Virus record (IMG/VR): IMGVR_UViG_3300048599_000868
Span: 1-38,203 of that record
DNA from: a virus
Taxonomy: Duplodnaviria > Caudoviricetes
Length of the DNA: 38,203 bases
Direction: 5' to 3' (one strand)
Shown piece after piece: positions 18,554-27,927 of the stretch (position 1 is the stretch's first letter; each line of letters starts with the position of its first letter). The notes under the pieces were generated by a model. The model was not told the origin of the DNA. It was given only the letters and a program-made list of their open reading frames with translations, and did no database searches. Position numbers and translations under genes: made by a program.

Positions 18554-18997
18554 TTATGCGTGTATCATTGACATAAGGGAGTCCGCTTTTGAGAATAATT
18601 TGAAATAGATTTCATCATGTCTGAATCGATCGTCAAACTCCCCCTTTTCTCCAACGTTAAAAGAAGAGTGGAATACATTCCGGTTAAAATCTTTAGGATA
18701 GATTAAATACTCTGATAAGCTATCTGAATACTGACCTGCCGTAAGATCGAAGACAATGTCCTCACATTCGCCCCAAACATGCGATCCAGTCGATTCACGA
18801 TTTCCAAGCACCCAGTAAACGGGCCAATGCCCCATTCGTTCTAGCGTGATTGCCGCGAAATATGTTGAATAAAAGCAACAGTCCTTGGGGAATGCTCTAA
18901 AAAATGGATCTTCCTCGGTTTTGTTTTCATGAAGGAAGAAGTAGATTTTTTTAAGTATTGATAACAAAGAAAGCTGTATCTCTTTTTCTCGAGACAC
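18554..18997 (-). CDS. Hypothetical protein with papain/transglutaminase-like Cys-His-Asp pattern
   Basis: FPKDCC...SHVWGE...FDLTAGQ; the GTG 18997 start is chosen to avoid overlap and is uncertain. Confidence 0.5.
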   Translation of the reverse strand: MSREKEIQLSLLSILKKIYFFLHENKTEEDPFFRAFPKDCCFYSTYFAAITLERMGHWPVYWVLGNRESTGSHVWGECEDIVFDLTAGQYSDSLSEYLIYPKDFNRNVFHSSFNVGEKGEFDDRFRHDEIYFKLFSKADSLMSMIHA

Positions 18998-19016
18998 AGC
19001 CCTATCTCTTGTTTTA

Positions 19017-19319
19017 TCAACCAGCACGTTCGCTAAGCTTCTTGCAGTTCTCATCATACGTCTGGATCCAGCTTCCATGTTTTACCGTAAACGTAGATCC
19101 TGAAGCCCCTCTTACCACCCTGTCAGAAGAGGGCATCTCTGCTATCTTTTTACAGTTAGCGTCATAGGTCTGTATCCATGAGCCGTGTAGAACGACAAAA
19201 AAGTCTGAAGCTACACCTACGACTTCTTTTCCCGATGAAGGCATTTCACTAATCTTCTTTCCAGACTCATTGAATACCTGATACCAACTACCCTTAAGCG
19301 AAACATCAGAGATCTCCAT
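19017..19319 (-). CDS. 100-aa protein built of three internal beta-rich repeats
   Basis: GSWYQVFNESGKKISE / GSWIQTYDANCKKIAE / GSWIQTYDENCKKLSE; GGAGG SD before ATG 19319. Confidence 0.75.
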   Translation of the reverse strand: MEISDVSLKGSWYQVFNESGKKISEMPSSGKEVVGVASDFFVVLHGSWIQTYDANCKKIAEMPSSDRVVRGASGSTFTVKHGSWIQTYDENCKKLSERAG

Positions 19320-19358
19320 AATAACCTCCATACATATTGATACCCCATACGGGGTCAC

Positions 19359-20381
19359 TTATTGATGCGAATAACGTCCAGCAATCCTTGCTATATCACC
19401 CATTAGTTCATCCCGGAGCCAGCCGGGTTCGAGTAGTTCGGCGGACTGCCCAAAGCCGAGAAGCCATTTCTTCAACTCGTAACCCCCAGCTGTTTCAATC
19501 TTGAGGATAATTGAACCATCTTCAAGCTCCTCTATTTCAGTGCCTTCAGGCCAATCCCTTTCCTGGATGTATCGTGCCTGATCCTCATCAAACTGAATGC
19601 GCGCAATAAACGGTTCTTCGCTTAATACAATCCCGAATGGATCTGAGAGTCGTTTTTCAGCGTCATAACCTTCGGGTATCTCGAAGTGCTCATCCGAAAT
19701 CTGTATTGTTTGAATGCGTTCAAGGGCAAGGATGATAACTTTTTCATAGTAGGGTTGAAAAACAAACACATAGAGTCCACCGTTATGTTCAAAGATCGTA
19801 AGCGGATGGATCTGATACGTCCGAATTGCACCGGATGAAAAAGATTCATAGGCTACGACGCAAACGTGCTTTTCCCTTATTGCTTTCAGAATATCATGAA
19901 CAATCTGATTCTGATTCACGCTCTCTTTCTTCCCGACAGGGACATCCATTATGATTGTCGGTCTTGACGTAATTGTCTTACTTGGGCCATGCTCTTTTTC
20001 TGCGATTGAATAGCCATAATCCGCGATCGCCATGGCGAGTTTTTTCCTGAGTGATCCGGCTTGTTTTGCTAGAGAAGGTGTGTCGGCTATTTTTCTGAAA
20101 ATGTAATCGAGCAGGACATGGTCCTCAACGTCAAAGGTCATGGTTGGCAACGGCTGCCAATACCGCATCTTGTCGAGCTCTTTATTCAGGTAATATCGTG
20201 CTTCCTTTCCATCCATATCGGGATAAAGAAGATACCCAAGCTCGTCCAGCGCCTCAAAAAGCCGGTATACTGTCTTCCGGCTCACTTCTAGATGGTCCAT
20301 GAGTTCTTTAATGCTCGCGCCTTGTGGTCGGGCAATAAGCCGCGCCCCGGTTAAAAGCTGAACCACCTGATGGTACATCAT
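19359..20381 (-). CDS. HTH-WYL-WCX transcriptional regulator
   Basis: N-terminal wHTH (SIKELMDHLEVSRKTVYR); WYL region (IHPLTIFEHNGGLYV..LALERI); WCX (ELKKWLLGFGQSAELLEP..LR). Confidence 0.9.
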   Translation of the reverse strand: MMYHQVVQLLTGARLIARPQGASIKELMDHLEVSRKTVYRLFEALDELGYLLYPDMDGKEARYYLNKELDKMRYWQPLPTMTFDVEDHVLLDYIFRKIADTPSLAKQAGSLRKKLAMAIADYGYSIAEKEHGPSKTITSRPTIIMDVPVGKKESVNQNQIVHDILKAIREKHVCVVAYESFSSGAIRTYQIHPLTIFEHNGGLYVFVFQPYYEKVIILALERIQTIQISDEHFEIPEGYDAEKRLSDPFGIVLSEEPFIARIQFDEDQARYIQERDWPEGTEIEELEDGSIILKIETAGGYELKKWLLGFGQSAELLEPGWLRDELMGDIARIAGRYSHQ

Positions 20382-20890
20382 GTATTTGCCTCAATAAATA
20401 TCTTCGCGCACGCTAACGCATCACTTAATGCTTCGTGATGTGTCAAATCGATTCCAAGAAAATCGCTTACGGTATCAAGCCGATGATTTTCAAGCTCCGG
20501 CCACTTTCTGCGCGAGAACTGCACAGTGCATTCAAATCGTGGCACTGTATACTCTATTCCGTAGTAATCTAGGCAGTATTCTAATACGCTTTGGTCAAAA
20601 TTTGAGTTGTGCGCAACAAGGAAGTCATCACCGATGAACTCCCGGATCTTTGGCCATATCTCCCTAAAATCAGGAGCTATCTCGACGTCATCCATTGTAA
20701 TTCCATGGATATCGGTAAAAGAAGGGATTATGTCCATACCATCAGGTGGTTTGATTAACGTATAAAAATCCTCAACAACAATGCCATTGCGAATACGAAT
20801 CAACCCAACCGCGCAGGCACTTGCCCGCTGATAACAAGCGGTTTCAAAATCTATTGCACAAAAGTTTAAACCATTTTTTTTGTTGTTCAT
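20378..20890 (-). CDS. DEDDh 3'-5' exonuclease (DnaQ/PolIII epsilon-like)
   Basis: AIDFET, VAHNSNFD, HHEALSDA; ATGA overlap with the WYL gene. Confidence 0.92.
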   Translation of the reverse strand: MNNKKNGLNFCAIDFETACYQRASACAVGLIRIRNGIVVEDFYTLIKPPDGMDIIPSFTDIHGITMDDVEIAPDFREIWPKIREFIGDDFLVAHNSNFDQSVLEYCLDYYGIEYTVPRFECTVQFSRRKWPELENHRLDTVSDFLGIDLTHHEALSDALACAKIFIEANT

Positions 20891-20909
20891 AGTTATATCA
20901 TAATATCAT

Positions 20910-20932
20910 TGTGTGTCATAAACAGACACACA
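20910..20932. promoter_or_regulatory. Perfect palindrome TGTGTGTC-N7-GACACACA upstream of the exonuclease-WYL operon
   Basis: Lies 20 nt upstream of the exonuclease ATG; a TATGAT -10-like hexamer sits 6 nt before the ATG with no SD (possible leaderless mRNA). Confidence 0.7.
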
Positions 20933-21158
20933 TAAGACTTCACCACGTACTTTCTTAAAACATAATTGCAACCCTTTCTGTAAATCCCAATAATCATTTA
21001 CGAATAATACAATTCCCTAAAACAAGGTTTCAGATTTAGCATACTACTCATTTGATTAATAATTCAGGTCAGAATAGCATTTAGAGATATACAAACGGAA
21101 GGTCCAAAAAGCTTCTCATGTAGATCTTTCATTTTATTCCTCACTGGTGTTATCCTGA

Positions 21159-23489
21159 TCACTGGGTTAATAGTTTAGAAATAATACTTCTCCCTAATTC
21201 AATTCTATCTTCACTGTCAATCCCCATGCTCTGTGAAATAGGATATTCAATTTTTTGGTCTTTTTGAAAACAAACATACTTATCATTCTGACATAATATT
21301 TCGTAATCAGTATTTGCTATTTTCAACTTGTCGCCTTGATATGCATAATCACCTAGTAATAATTTCCCTGAAAACTCAGGTGATTTATATAATGTATATA
21401 GGAAAATATTCCAGTTTTTACCGCCCATACTTTTTTCAGTATTCATCATAATTATATTGTAATTCTTAATATTTCTAGCTTCCCAATAATACATCCCGAA
21501 ATTGCTTTGTCTCATTGGTTCGTATTTAATCAAATAGTAACGCCAGTCTTTTTGTGTTTCTTTAGCTTCAAGATATTTACTAATATAATTCTCTAAGTAA
21601 TTGTCATTTATATCTGATTCTTCAAGAGTAGATAAAAGTTTATTTAGAACAATAAAAGTATTGTCAAAAGAGAGCCTTTGCTTTGTGGGGTGAAATAAAT
21701 CGAACCAAACAGAGTCATTGTATCTTGCGCCCAACTGGAAACGCCATGAAATAAATTGAGAATAATCGCTAAAAGTTAATAGAATTCTACTAATGTGGTC
21801 CTTTTTACAGTTATTGAATAAAAGTCTGAATTTCAGAAAGTTACTACTGTTGTCCAAATCCACAATTGCTATACATCCTTTCAATAACAAATGGTCTTCT
21901 AATTGATACATTTCTTCTTTTTTGTCTGGATTAGCAACCAGCCATGTGATCTTATTTTGTTCTTCCTCCTTCTGCCTAGTGTTATAACCAAGACCTCCAC
22001 CCTCAGAAAGAGGAATTACTCCAGAAAGAATAATTGCTTCAGTTTCTACTAACAATGTTTTCATGCGATCATCACGAATCTCATCAGTAGAATTCCATAT
22101 TAAATTTCGTATTATTCTTATTCTTTTACGAAATTGCACATCGGAAATGGTCGCTTTATGTTGAAGATAAGTGACAATGGCGTAAAGCAACAACATCTTA
22201 CTTAATGGGAACTTTCTGTTTCTGCCGGAATACTCTCCGTAATTGTTAAGGCATTCTTTGAAGATGTTTACATCTTCTTGATATATCATTACTTTATCAA
22301 CTTGATATTCATTTTTAGAAAAAATGTCTTCAAAAAAACCAAGAATGTTCATCTTATACCAACAATCAAAAGATTGAATGAAATATTGAATATTTTCTTT
22401 TGACTTCTCATTTATATAACCAACCGATTTGAGCTTATCAAACAACTCTTTGTATACGGTTGTATCTAGTTTATTTTTACTGACAAAATGTGTGTCGACA
22501 TTGTTATAATGTTTTAAAATAAAGTCTGTATCTATATTTACACATTCAGCTGATTCAATAATATCGGGAATATAACCATATAACCACCGAGCTACCATAA
22601 ATTCATCTCTTCTCAATTCAAGCCCAGATTTATAAGAAATAATATCACTAATAAAATGAAAATAACGCATAAACTCATCATCAATAATATTATTGTCACC
22701 ACGGAAAGGGAACAGCATATCTGTCCAATTAATATCAAATTTATGATTAATTTCTTTTGAAAGATCCTCTGAGACATGCTTAATAATCTCTTCAAACTCA
22801 GCTTTAAAATGTTCAAAAGGTGTTAAAGGTTTTCCTCTAGAGTTCATCTTAATATATAGATCATCCGTAAGTCCCATTTCTGTAAGTGGGAGAAAATAGA
22901 AGCTAATAATTTCGCCTGTAATCAATGTTTCCCATAATCCTGATTGATCTTTAAACTTCTTATGAATTGCATCAATCATTACCAGCATGCTCTGTATAGT
23001 AGGATCATTTTTCCATTCATAAGGATACCAGGACTGATCTTTTATGGCGTCAGATAGTTTCTCGGCACAAAATTCGACCGAATATTTTACCAACTCTTGG
23101 CAAAAATCACGTGAACTAAATCGAGTAGCATAGGAGAAAGAAATCAGAAAAATATATTCAGCTTCATCAATTTTCTCTTTTTTTGCAATGTACCAATACA
23201 ATAGAAATAGTGTTGTTAATCGCTGTTGTCCATCAAGAGGGGTTAGAACTCCACTGTTAGAAACATCACCGTATACGAAATCCAAAGTGATATGACTTTT
23301 ATTAACGATAGCATTAAACAAGGCATCTAAAAAACGTTCTCTAATTCTTTTTACCTCGTCATTTGTTCTGCCTTGCGCATAATCCCTTTGAATAATTGGA
23401 ATTTCGATTTTGTTTAATGTAATACTATTCCCTTCATACTCAAAAGTGCTACCAAAAAGATTTCGAAATGTATATTCTCTTGTGTTCAT
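21159..23489 (-). CDS. DUF262 (GmrS-like) domain protein, 776 aa
   Basis: IPIIQRDYAQG, DGQQR, KMNSRGKPLT; no clear HNH motif in the C-terminus. Confidence 0.85.
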   Translation of the reverse strand: MNTREYTFRNLFGSTFEYEGNSITLNKIEIPIIQRDYAQGRTNDEVKRIRERFLDALFNAIVNKSHITLDFVYGDVSNSGVLTPLDGQQRLTTLFLLYWYIAKKEKIDEAEYIFLISFSYATRFSSRDFCQELVKYSVEFCAEKLSDAIKDQSWYPYEWKNDPTIQSMLVMIDAIHKKFKDQSGLWETLITGEIISFYFLPLTEMGLTDDLYIKMNSRGKPLTPFEHFKAEFEEIIKHVSEDLSKEINHKFDINWTDMLFPFRGDNNIIDDEFMRYFHFISDIISYKSGLELRRDEFMVARWLYGYIPDIIESAECVNIDTDFILKHYNNVDTHFVSKNKLDTTVYKELFDKLKSVGYINEKSKENIQYFIQSFDCWYKMNILGFFEDIFSKNEYQVDKVMIYQEDVNIFKECLNNYGEYSGRNRKFPLSKMLLLYAIVTYLQHKATISDVQFRKRIRIIRNLIWNSTDEIRDDRMKTLLVETEAIILSGVIPLSEGGGLGYNTRQKEEEQNKITWLVANPDKKEEMYQLEDHLLLKGCIAIVDLDNSSNFLKFRLLFNNCKKDHISRILLTFSDYSQFISWRFQLGARYNDSVWFDLFHPTKQRLSFDNTFIVLNKLLSTLEESDINDNYLENYISKYLEAKETQKDWRYYLIKYEPMRQSNFGMYYWEARNIKNYNIIMMNTEKSMGGKNWNIFLYTLYKSPEFSGKLLLGDYAYQGDKLKIANTDYEILCQNDKYVCFQKDQKIEYPISQSMGIDSEDRIELGRSIISKLLTQ

Positions 23490-25195
23490 AATTTAATTTC
23501 CTTTTGGATTAGTTTCAAATACATTTTTAAGACTTTATCCATTTCAGCAATATACCCATCTCTGTCAGCTTTTCCCCAAAAATGAACCTGATTGGATTCT
23601 GATGGCGTGTAATACTTTAGAAAAATGTGTCTTGTACAAACGGGAATGTAATCACTTGTTTTATCCATCTCGAGTATTTTATTTCGCTTCACATCAAATG
23701 TAGAATTATTCAAAGCAGAATTATCAGATTGTTCCAACAAAGCTAAATTGGACAATGAATGGGTATATTCTATACTTCCTTCTTCTGTAAGAATGGCGGT
23801 GACTCGGTTGAACAAACTGGAAAATGTATCCCCTGTGAGTTTTTCATCATTAATAGCATTTTCTATGTCCTGAATAATATTTTTATCAGACTTACAGTTA
23901 ATACTCATCAATGATTTCTCATGTAAATTCAACCAATCCACCCATTGCTCTCTTTTATTCATGCCTTGAGATTGTTGTGCATGAATATGCTCTAAGCTCC
24001 AATCTTCCTGTTTATGCTTATCGAATGGGAATCGCATAGTTTCATCGGATTTCTTCCTGATGGTTTCTACATTAAATAGAAGCAACAGCTTTTCAATTAA
24101 TCCGTAATCTGTTTTATTCTCATACGATAATTCGCAGTAATCCTTATCGTAATCTATACTATTCGCAATTAATAAGTTCAATTTATCTTGAAAAACCGTT
24201 TTAGTCATATCGTTTGATTTACTAATTAATGACTGCAAGTTTTCCGATTCTGAAGCGACTAAATAACCAATTTTGTGGTATAAATCAATGTTTTCGTACC
24301 ATTCTTTTAATCGTTGAAAGTAGCGTACTATATCCGTCCAAATATCAGCTTTTTCTTTCCTTTTTTTAATCTCATTATCAAAATGAAAAAAAGTAAAATA
24401 CTTTTCGCGCAAACCTTTTTTATCTGCCATCAAATCAAAAAGCAATTCAATCCGGGTAGGGTATAAATTTGGATTTTCATTTGTAATAAAAAACCATAAA
24501 CTATCATTGTGCAGTTCCTTTTCAATAATGTCCCATTCTGTAGCTATTTCCAATTGCTTTCTATCGTCAATACCATTGTTTCTGCTAAGGAATAGGGCTT
24601 TTACAAGTTCTGCGTTCGTTAGTAGAATACGCCCAATATTTAAGCGAGTAAATAAAGAAACAGAGCTTTCTGTAGAATCAACCTCATACCAAATCACACG
24701 TATCTTTCTGTTTAATTTCGAACTTAATTCAATCGCGGTTTGCGATTCATCATCTTGCTCGCCAAACCACTTAATAATTGTTTTAGTAGCTTCATTGAAA
24801 AAATATGTATCAATATTTTCAGTTAGAATATCGGTGTTTTTAAAATCAATAGATTCCAAGAATATTTTACTACTAGATCTTGTTTGATAATCAATAGAGA
24901 ATTTAACTTCACTTTTAGGCAAGAACTCTTTTATGTACTTGAGAATTATGTATATGGTTGTCAAACGCTGTTGACCATCGATTAACTCATAATTTTTCTC
25001 ACTTAATTTTCTTACGACTATAGGTTGCAGGCTGTAATTTTTTCCTTCCTGTACTTCATGAATATCATTGAGCAACATCTCAACTTCTTCTTTCCAACGA
25101 TAACCCCGCTGATAATCAGGTACATAAAAATTGCCTTCAATGTTACCAACTAATTTCGGCTCTAAATTAATATTACTCATTGCATTATACTCCAT
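23486..25195 (-). CDS. DUF262-DUF1524 (GmrSD-like) modification-dependent nuclease
   Basis: VPDYQRGYRW, DGQQR, FTRLNIG; C-terminal SLEHIHAQ...SNLALL...N His-Me nuclease motif. Confidence 0.85.
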   Translation of the reverse strand: MEYNAMSNINLEPKLVGNIEGNFYVPDYQRGYRWKEEVEMLLNDIHEVQEGKNYSLQPIVVRKLSEKNYELIDGQQRLTTIYIILKYIKEFLPKSEVKFSIDYQTRSSSKIFLESIDFKNTDILTENIDTYFFNEATKTIIKWFGEQDDESQTAIELSSKLNRKIRVIWYEVDSTESSVSLFTRLNIGRILLTNAELVKALFLSRNNGIDDRKQLEIATEWDIIEKELHNDSLWFFITNENPNLYPTRIELLFDLMADKKGLREKYFTFFHFDNEIKKRKEKADIWTDIVRYFQRLKEWYENIDLYHKIGYLVASESENLQSLISKSNDMTKTVFQDKLNLLIANSIDYDKDYCELSYENKTDYGLIEKLLLLFNVETIRKKSDETMRFPFDKHKQEDWSLEHIHAQQSQGMNKREQWVDWLNLHEKSLMSINCKSDKNIIQDIENAINDEKLTGDTFSSLFNRVTAILTEEGSIEYTHSLSNLALLEQSDNSALNNSTFDVKRNKILEMDKTSDYIPVCTRHIFLKYYTPSESNQVHFWGKADRDGYIAEMDKVLKMYLKLIQKEIKL

Positions 25196-25280
25196 TAATT
25201 CACACCACCGACTAGCGAATGGTAAAATTAGTTTTCTCTTCGATTTTCTGTTTTAACCTTTCTTTACCTTCGAAGCGTAC

Positions 25281-25329
25281 ATTGTTGCAAAACTTTCCGA
25301 GCAAAGCGACTAGTAAGTTTTGTTACAAT
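25281..25329. repeat. Intergenic inverted repeat (15-bp arms, 2 mismatches)
   Basis: ATTGTTGCAAAACTT ... AAGTTTTGTTACAAT. Confidence 0.6.
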
Positions 25330-25350
25330 ATTAAAATCAGGTCGAAGCAC

Positions 25351-26163
25351 TTATTTGAAGAAACATTCTTTATTCAATAATTCTATAACCGGATTATAGA
25401 AATAATCATCATCTGATCCAGGCATTGAGAAATGCCATAGATCAACTATTTTTAATAATCGATTATTATGTTTCATTTCATAATAATTCAATTTATTATC
25501 CATACTTGATTTGAGTAATATATTCGGAAATATCACAGATAAATACTTGTTTTCAATTTTTCCATCCCATAAGTTAGCTGTTATTATTATATCGGGTTCC
25601 AATAGTTCAATTTCTTCGAGTATAAAATTTCTTACATCTAGTTTTGAGTCCTCCAAAAAACGATTGATTAATTTTACATCAGCTTTTGCACCATCTTTTC
25701 TGTCATTTGAATATTTGGATATATTTATAAGTGCAAATCCGAAATTATTAGTTTTTACCATTTCTTCAACAATTTCATTTGCGCAAGGTATATCTTGAAA
25801 AGAGATTTTACCATTATTTCTAATTCCATAAGTAATATATAGTATTCTTCTGAAAAATGTGCTTGCATTTATATTTGTAGTGTTATTAAAATAATCAAGT
25901 GTCCCAAGTACAGAATCATTACCAGAATTGTATCTAGATTCTCTACCAATAAATAAAACCTTGGTTTTTTGATTAAAGTAATTAGGAAAGAAACCATCCA
26001 TTCCGAAATAATCTATTGCTTTATATAACTTATTATCATCATGAAACAAAATAGGTTGGCATTTTAAAATCTCAGCTTTCCACTCATTCATTAATGTAAG
26101 TATTGATAGACGCTTTCCTCTTTCATTCACTTTGAAATATTTTTCTAGTTTATCAGCATCCAT
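25351..26163 (-). CDS. Uracil-DNA-glycosylase-like fold protein
   Basis: KVLFIGRES, ALINISK, EEIELLEPDIII and C-terminal WHFS follow UDG-superfamily motif order; AAGGA SD before ATG 26163. Confidence 0.55.
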   Translation of the reverse strand: MDADKLEKYFKVNERGKRLSILTLMNEWKAEILKCQPILFHDDNKLYKAIDYFGMDGFFPNYFNQKTKVLFIGRESRYNSGNDSVLGTLDYFNNTTNINASTFFRRILYITYGIRNNGKISFQDIPCANEIVEEMVKTNNFGFALINISKYSNDRKDGAKADVKLINRFLEDSKLDVRNFILEEIELLEPDIIITANLWDGKIENKYLSVIFPNILLKSSMDNKLNYYEMKHNNRLLKIVDLWHFSMPGSDDDYFYNPVIELLNKECFFK

Positions 26164-26359
26164 ATTTTCCTTTTCTCTGCGCGAGCAGCGTCCATCGAAC
26201 ACATTAATAGCGTGTTTTCTATATTAATTTATTATGGTAAATATTTTTTACTATAAGCTTTCAACAATGCAATATTTCTATCGTATTAATTATTTAAAAA
26301 AAGTATAGCACTAATTGTTTGAAAGTGTGTTTTTATTTATTGAAAAAATCTCAGTATTA

Positions 26360-26755
26360 TCATTTTTTAATCTTATAGACTATGATTCCAACATTGCTAG
26401 TCCTTTCTATATCTAGTCGGTATTGTTTTTCACTATTATTGAGAGCTGTTTTAATCGCAGTGATATAACGCCAGAGGGGTCCGGTATCTACCATTTTGAT
26501 TGTAATTTGCAATGTGTAAATGACACTTTTAATTATTCTGTCTTTTGTAGTATAAGTACCTTCTTCAATGTCCAATAAAGCATAAGGATAACTCGTTCCC
26601 GTCGGAAGCTTGTCGCGAATTCCGGCGTACCGAAAAGGAGAGAGGTTAATGCCATCTTCCGAGTGTTCCTCCAATTCCAACAATATTTCAGGTAATTCAT
26701 TCATAAGAAGGTTCGAGATATCCGCAATAAGAGTCTCCTCGAATACCACTATCAA
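26360..26755 (-). CDS. Putative head-closure / tail-terminator protein
   Basis: 131 aa with LP...YPYALL motif; coupled to the head-tail connector gene. Confidence 0.45.
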   Translation of the reverse strand: MIVVFEETLIADISNLLMNELPEILLELEEHSEDGINLSPFRYAGIRDKLPTGTSYPYALLDIEEGTYTTKDRIIKSVIYTLQITIKMVDTGPLWRYITAIKTALNNSEKQYRLDIERTSNVGIIVYKIKK

Positions 26756-27273
26756 AGCCGGTTTACCCTCCGATAGACATTTATCTCATCGAGTCGGTTT
26801 ACGACACATTTCTCGATTTCTTCGATCGGATCGGTCACTGAAAAGGCTATCCAGATTTTGGTCATCTCGACGATCTTCGCCTTGATAAGCATGGGCATTT
26901 CTTCAATGGTATAACCATAGCGATATGTCGCTCTGACATTCCGGTCTTTCGGGCTTTCTATCTGATAAACCCGGTATTTATGGGCATCGGGTCGTGATAT
27001 GTCTCGAAGTGGTGTTTCCGGCGATAGAGAAAGATTCTCGCCGGTATCGGCATCGACCAGTTCAAGGATTTCTCTAACCGGGAACTCATCAAAATCCAAT
27101 ATCAAATCAAACGTCTTTTTTGTTTCTGTCTTGGTCGAGAAAAGCAGATTTCGATCCAGATACAAGCAAATCTTCTCGCAGACAGCCCCGAAAAGCATCT
27201 TGTTTCGTCCCTCATCGCGGGAGTCGAGGTTTAATAATTCAGTGACTTCCTCAAATTTCATCAATGATTCCAT
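26752..27273 (-). CDS. Head-tail connector (gp6/gp15-like)
   Basis: EEVTELLNLD...AVCEKICLYLDRNL...VRATYRYGY..MPMLIK; follows the capsid genes. Confidence 0.7.
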   Translation of the reverse strand: MESLMKFEEVTELLNLDSRDEGRNKMLFGAVCEKICLYLDRNLLFSTKTETKKTFDLILDFDEFPVREILELVDADTGENLSLSPETPLRDISRPDAHKYRVYQIESPKDRNVRATYRYGYTIEEMPMLIKAKIVEMTKIWIAFSVTDPIEEIEKCVVNRLDEINVYRRVNRL

Positions 27274-27329
27274 GAATTCCACCTTTCGTGTGTGCTTGAC
27301 AAAAAAACAGGATTTGGAGTAGAGTAAGG

Positions 27330-27354
27330 AAGACCGGCTCGTCGAGCCGGTCTT
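27330..27354. terminator. GC-rich hairpin after the capsid operon
   Basis: AAGACCGGCTC-gtc-GAGCCGGTCTT perfect 11-bp stem; the T-tract is better on the plus strand. Confidence 0.7.
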
Positions 27355-27360
27355 TTCATT

Positions 27361-27924
27361 TTAAACGCCGATGTATGCGATGGTGCCTCCTTCTATTTCG
27401 GCATTCCCGTCAGTATTAACAAGGAATAATCCTAAAGGCCATCCTTTCTCTTTTCCCGTGATGATACCGGGGCAATCGGCCTCAAGAATCGTTGAGGCCG
27501 AAGGCACAAGCGGATACTTGGTCGTTCCAGTGCTTGCCTCTATTCCAATAAGATAGAAAATGCACCGCTCCTGAGCGGGAATCGGGATATTCAAGGTCAG
27601 AACTTCACCAGTCTGCCCCTGAACAGTGACAGCCTTGCAGTCTCCGGAACTATCCCGAATTACCGCATTTCGCCCGGTAAGACCGGCAGGTATTCCAGGC
27701 ACGGTAACACTCGCGCCCGCCGTTGCCCCCTGTGTGAACCGGTAGACACCCTCAGTCTGGAGAATGGAGAGGTTCCCGCCTCCCGTCCCGGCTTTCAGAC
27801 GAAGAAAGGGGATGGTTATGCGCTGATCGAGGGCGGCGGTGATGAGATGTAGGATCGCCGTTGCTGCAGCTGCCTTCTTCGAAGGAATCGGGCTCACCTT
27901 TACGAGTTGTGCGTTATATCCCAT
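27361..27924 (-). CDS. Hypothetical virion protein (possible capsid decoration)
   Basis: 187 aa, Gly/Thr/Ala-rich; starts 3 nt after the capsid stop. Confidence 0.5.
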   Translation of the reverse strand: MGYNAQLVKVSPIPSKKAAAATAILHLITAALDQRITIPFLRLKAGTGGGNLSILQTEGVYRFTQGATAGASVTVPGIPAGLTGRNAVIRDSSGDCKAVTVQGQTGEVLTLNIPIPAQERCIFYLIGIEASTGTTKYPLVPSASTILEADCPGIITGKEKGWPLGLFLVNTDGNAEIEGGTIAYIGV

Positions 27925-27927
27925 ACC

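Noticed and set aside
27296-27354. Plus-strand TTGACA-N18-TAGAGT promoter-like sequence before the hairpin (possible antisense sRNA)
   Set aside because: The predicted start falls inside the hairpin, giving an implausibly short RNA; no other support.
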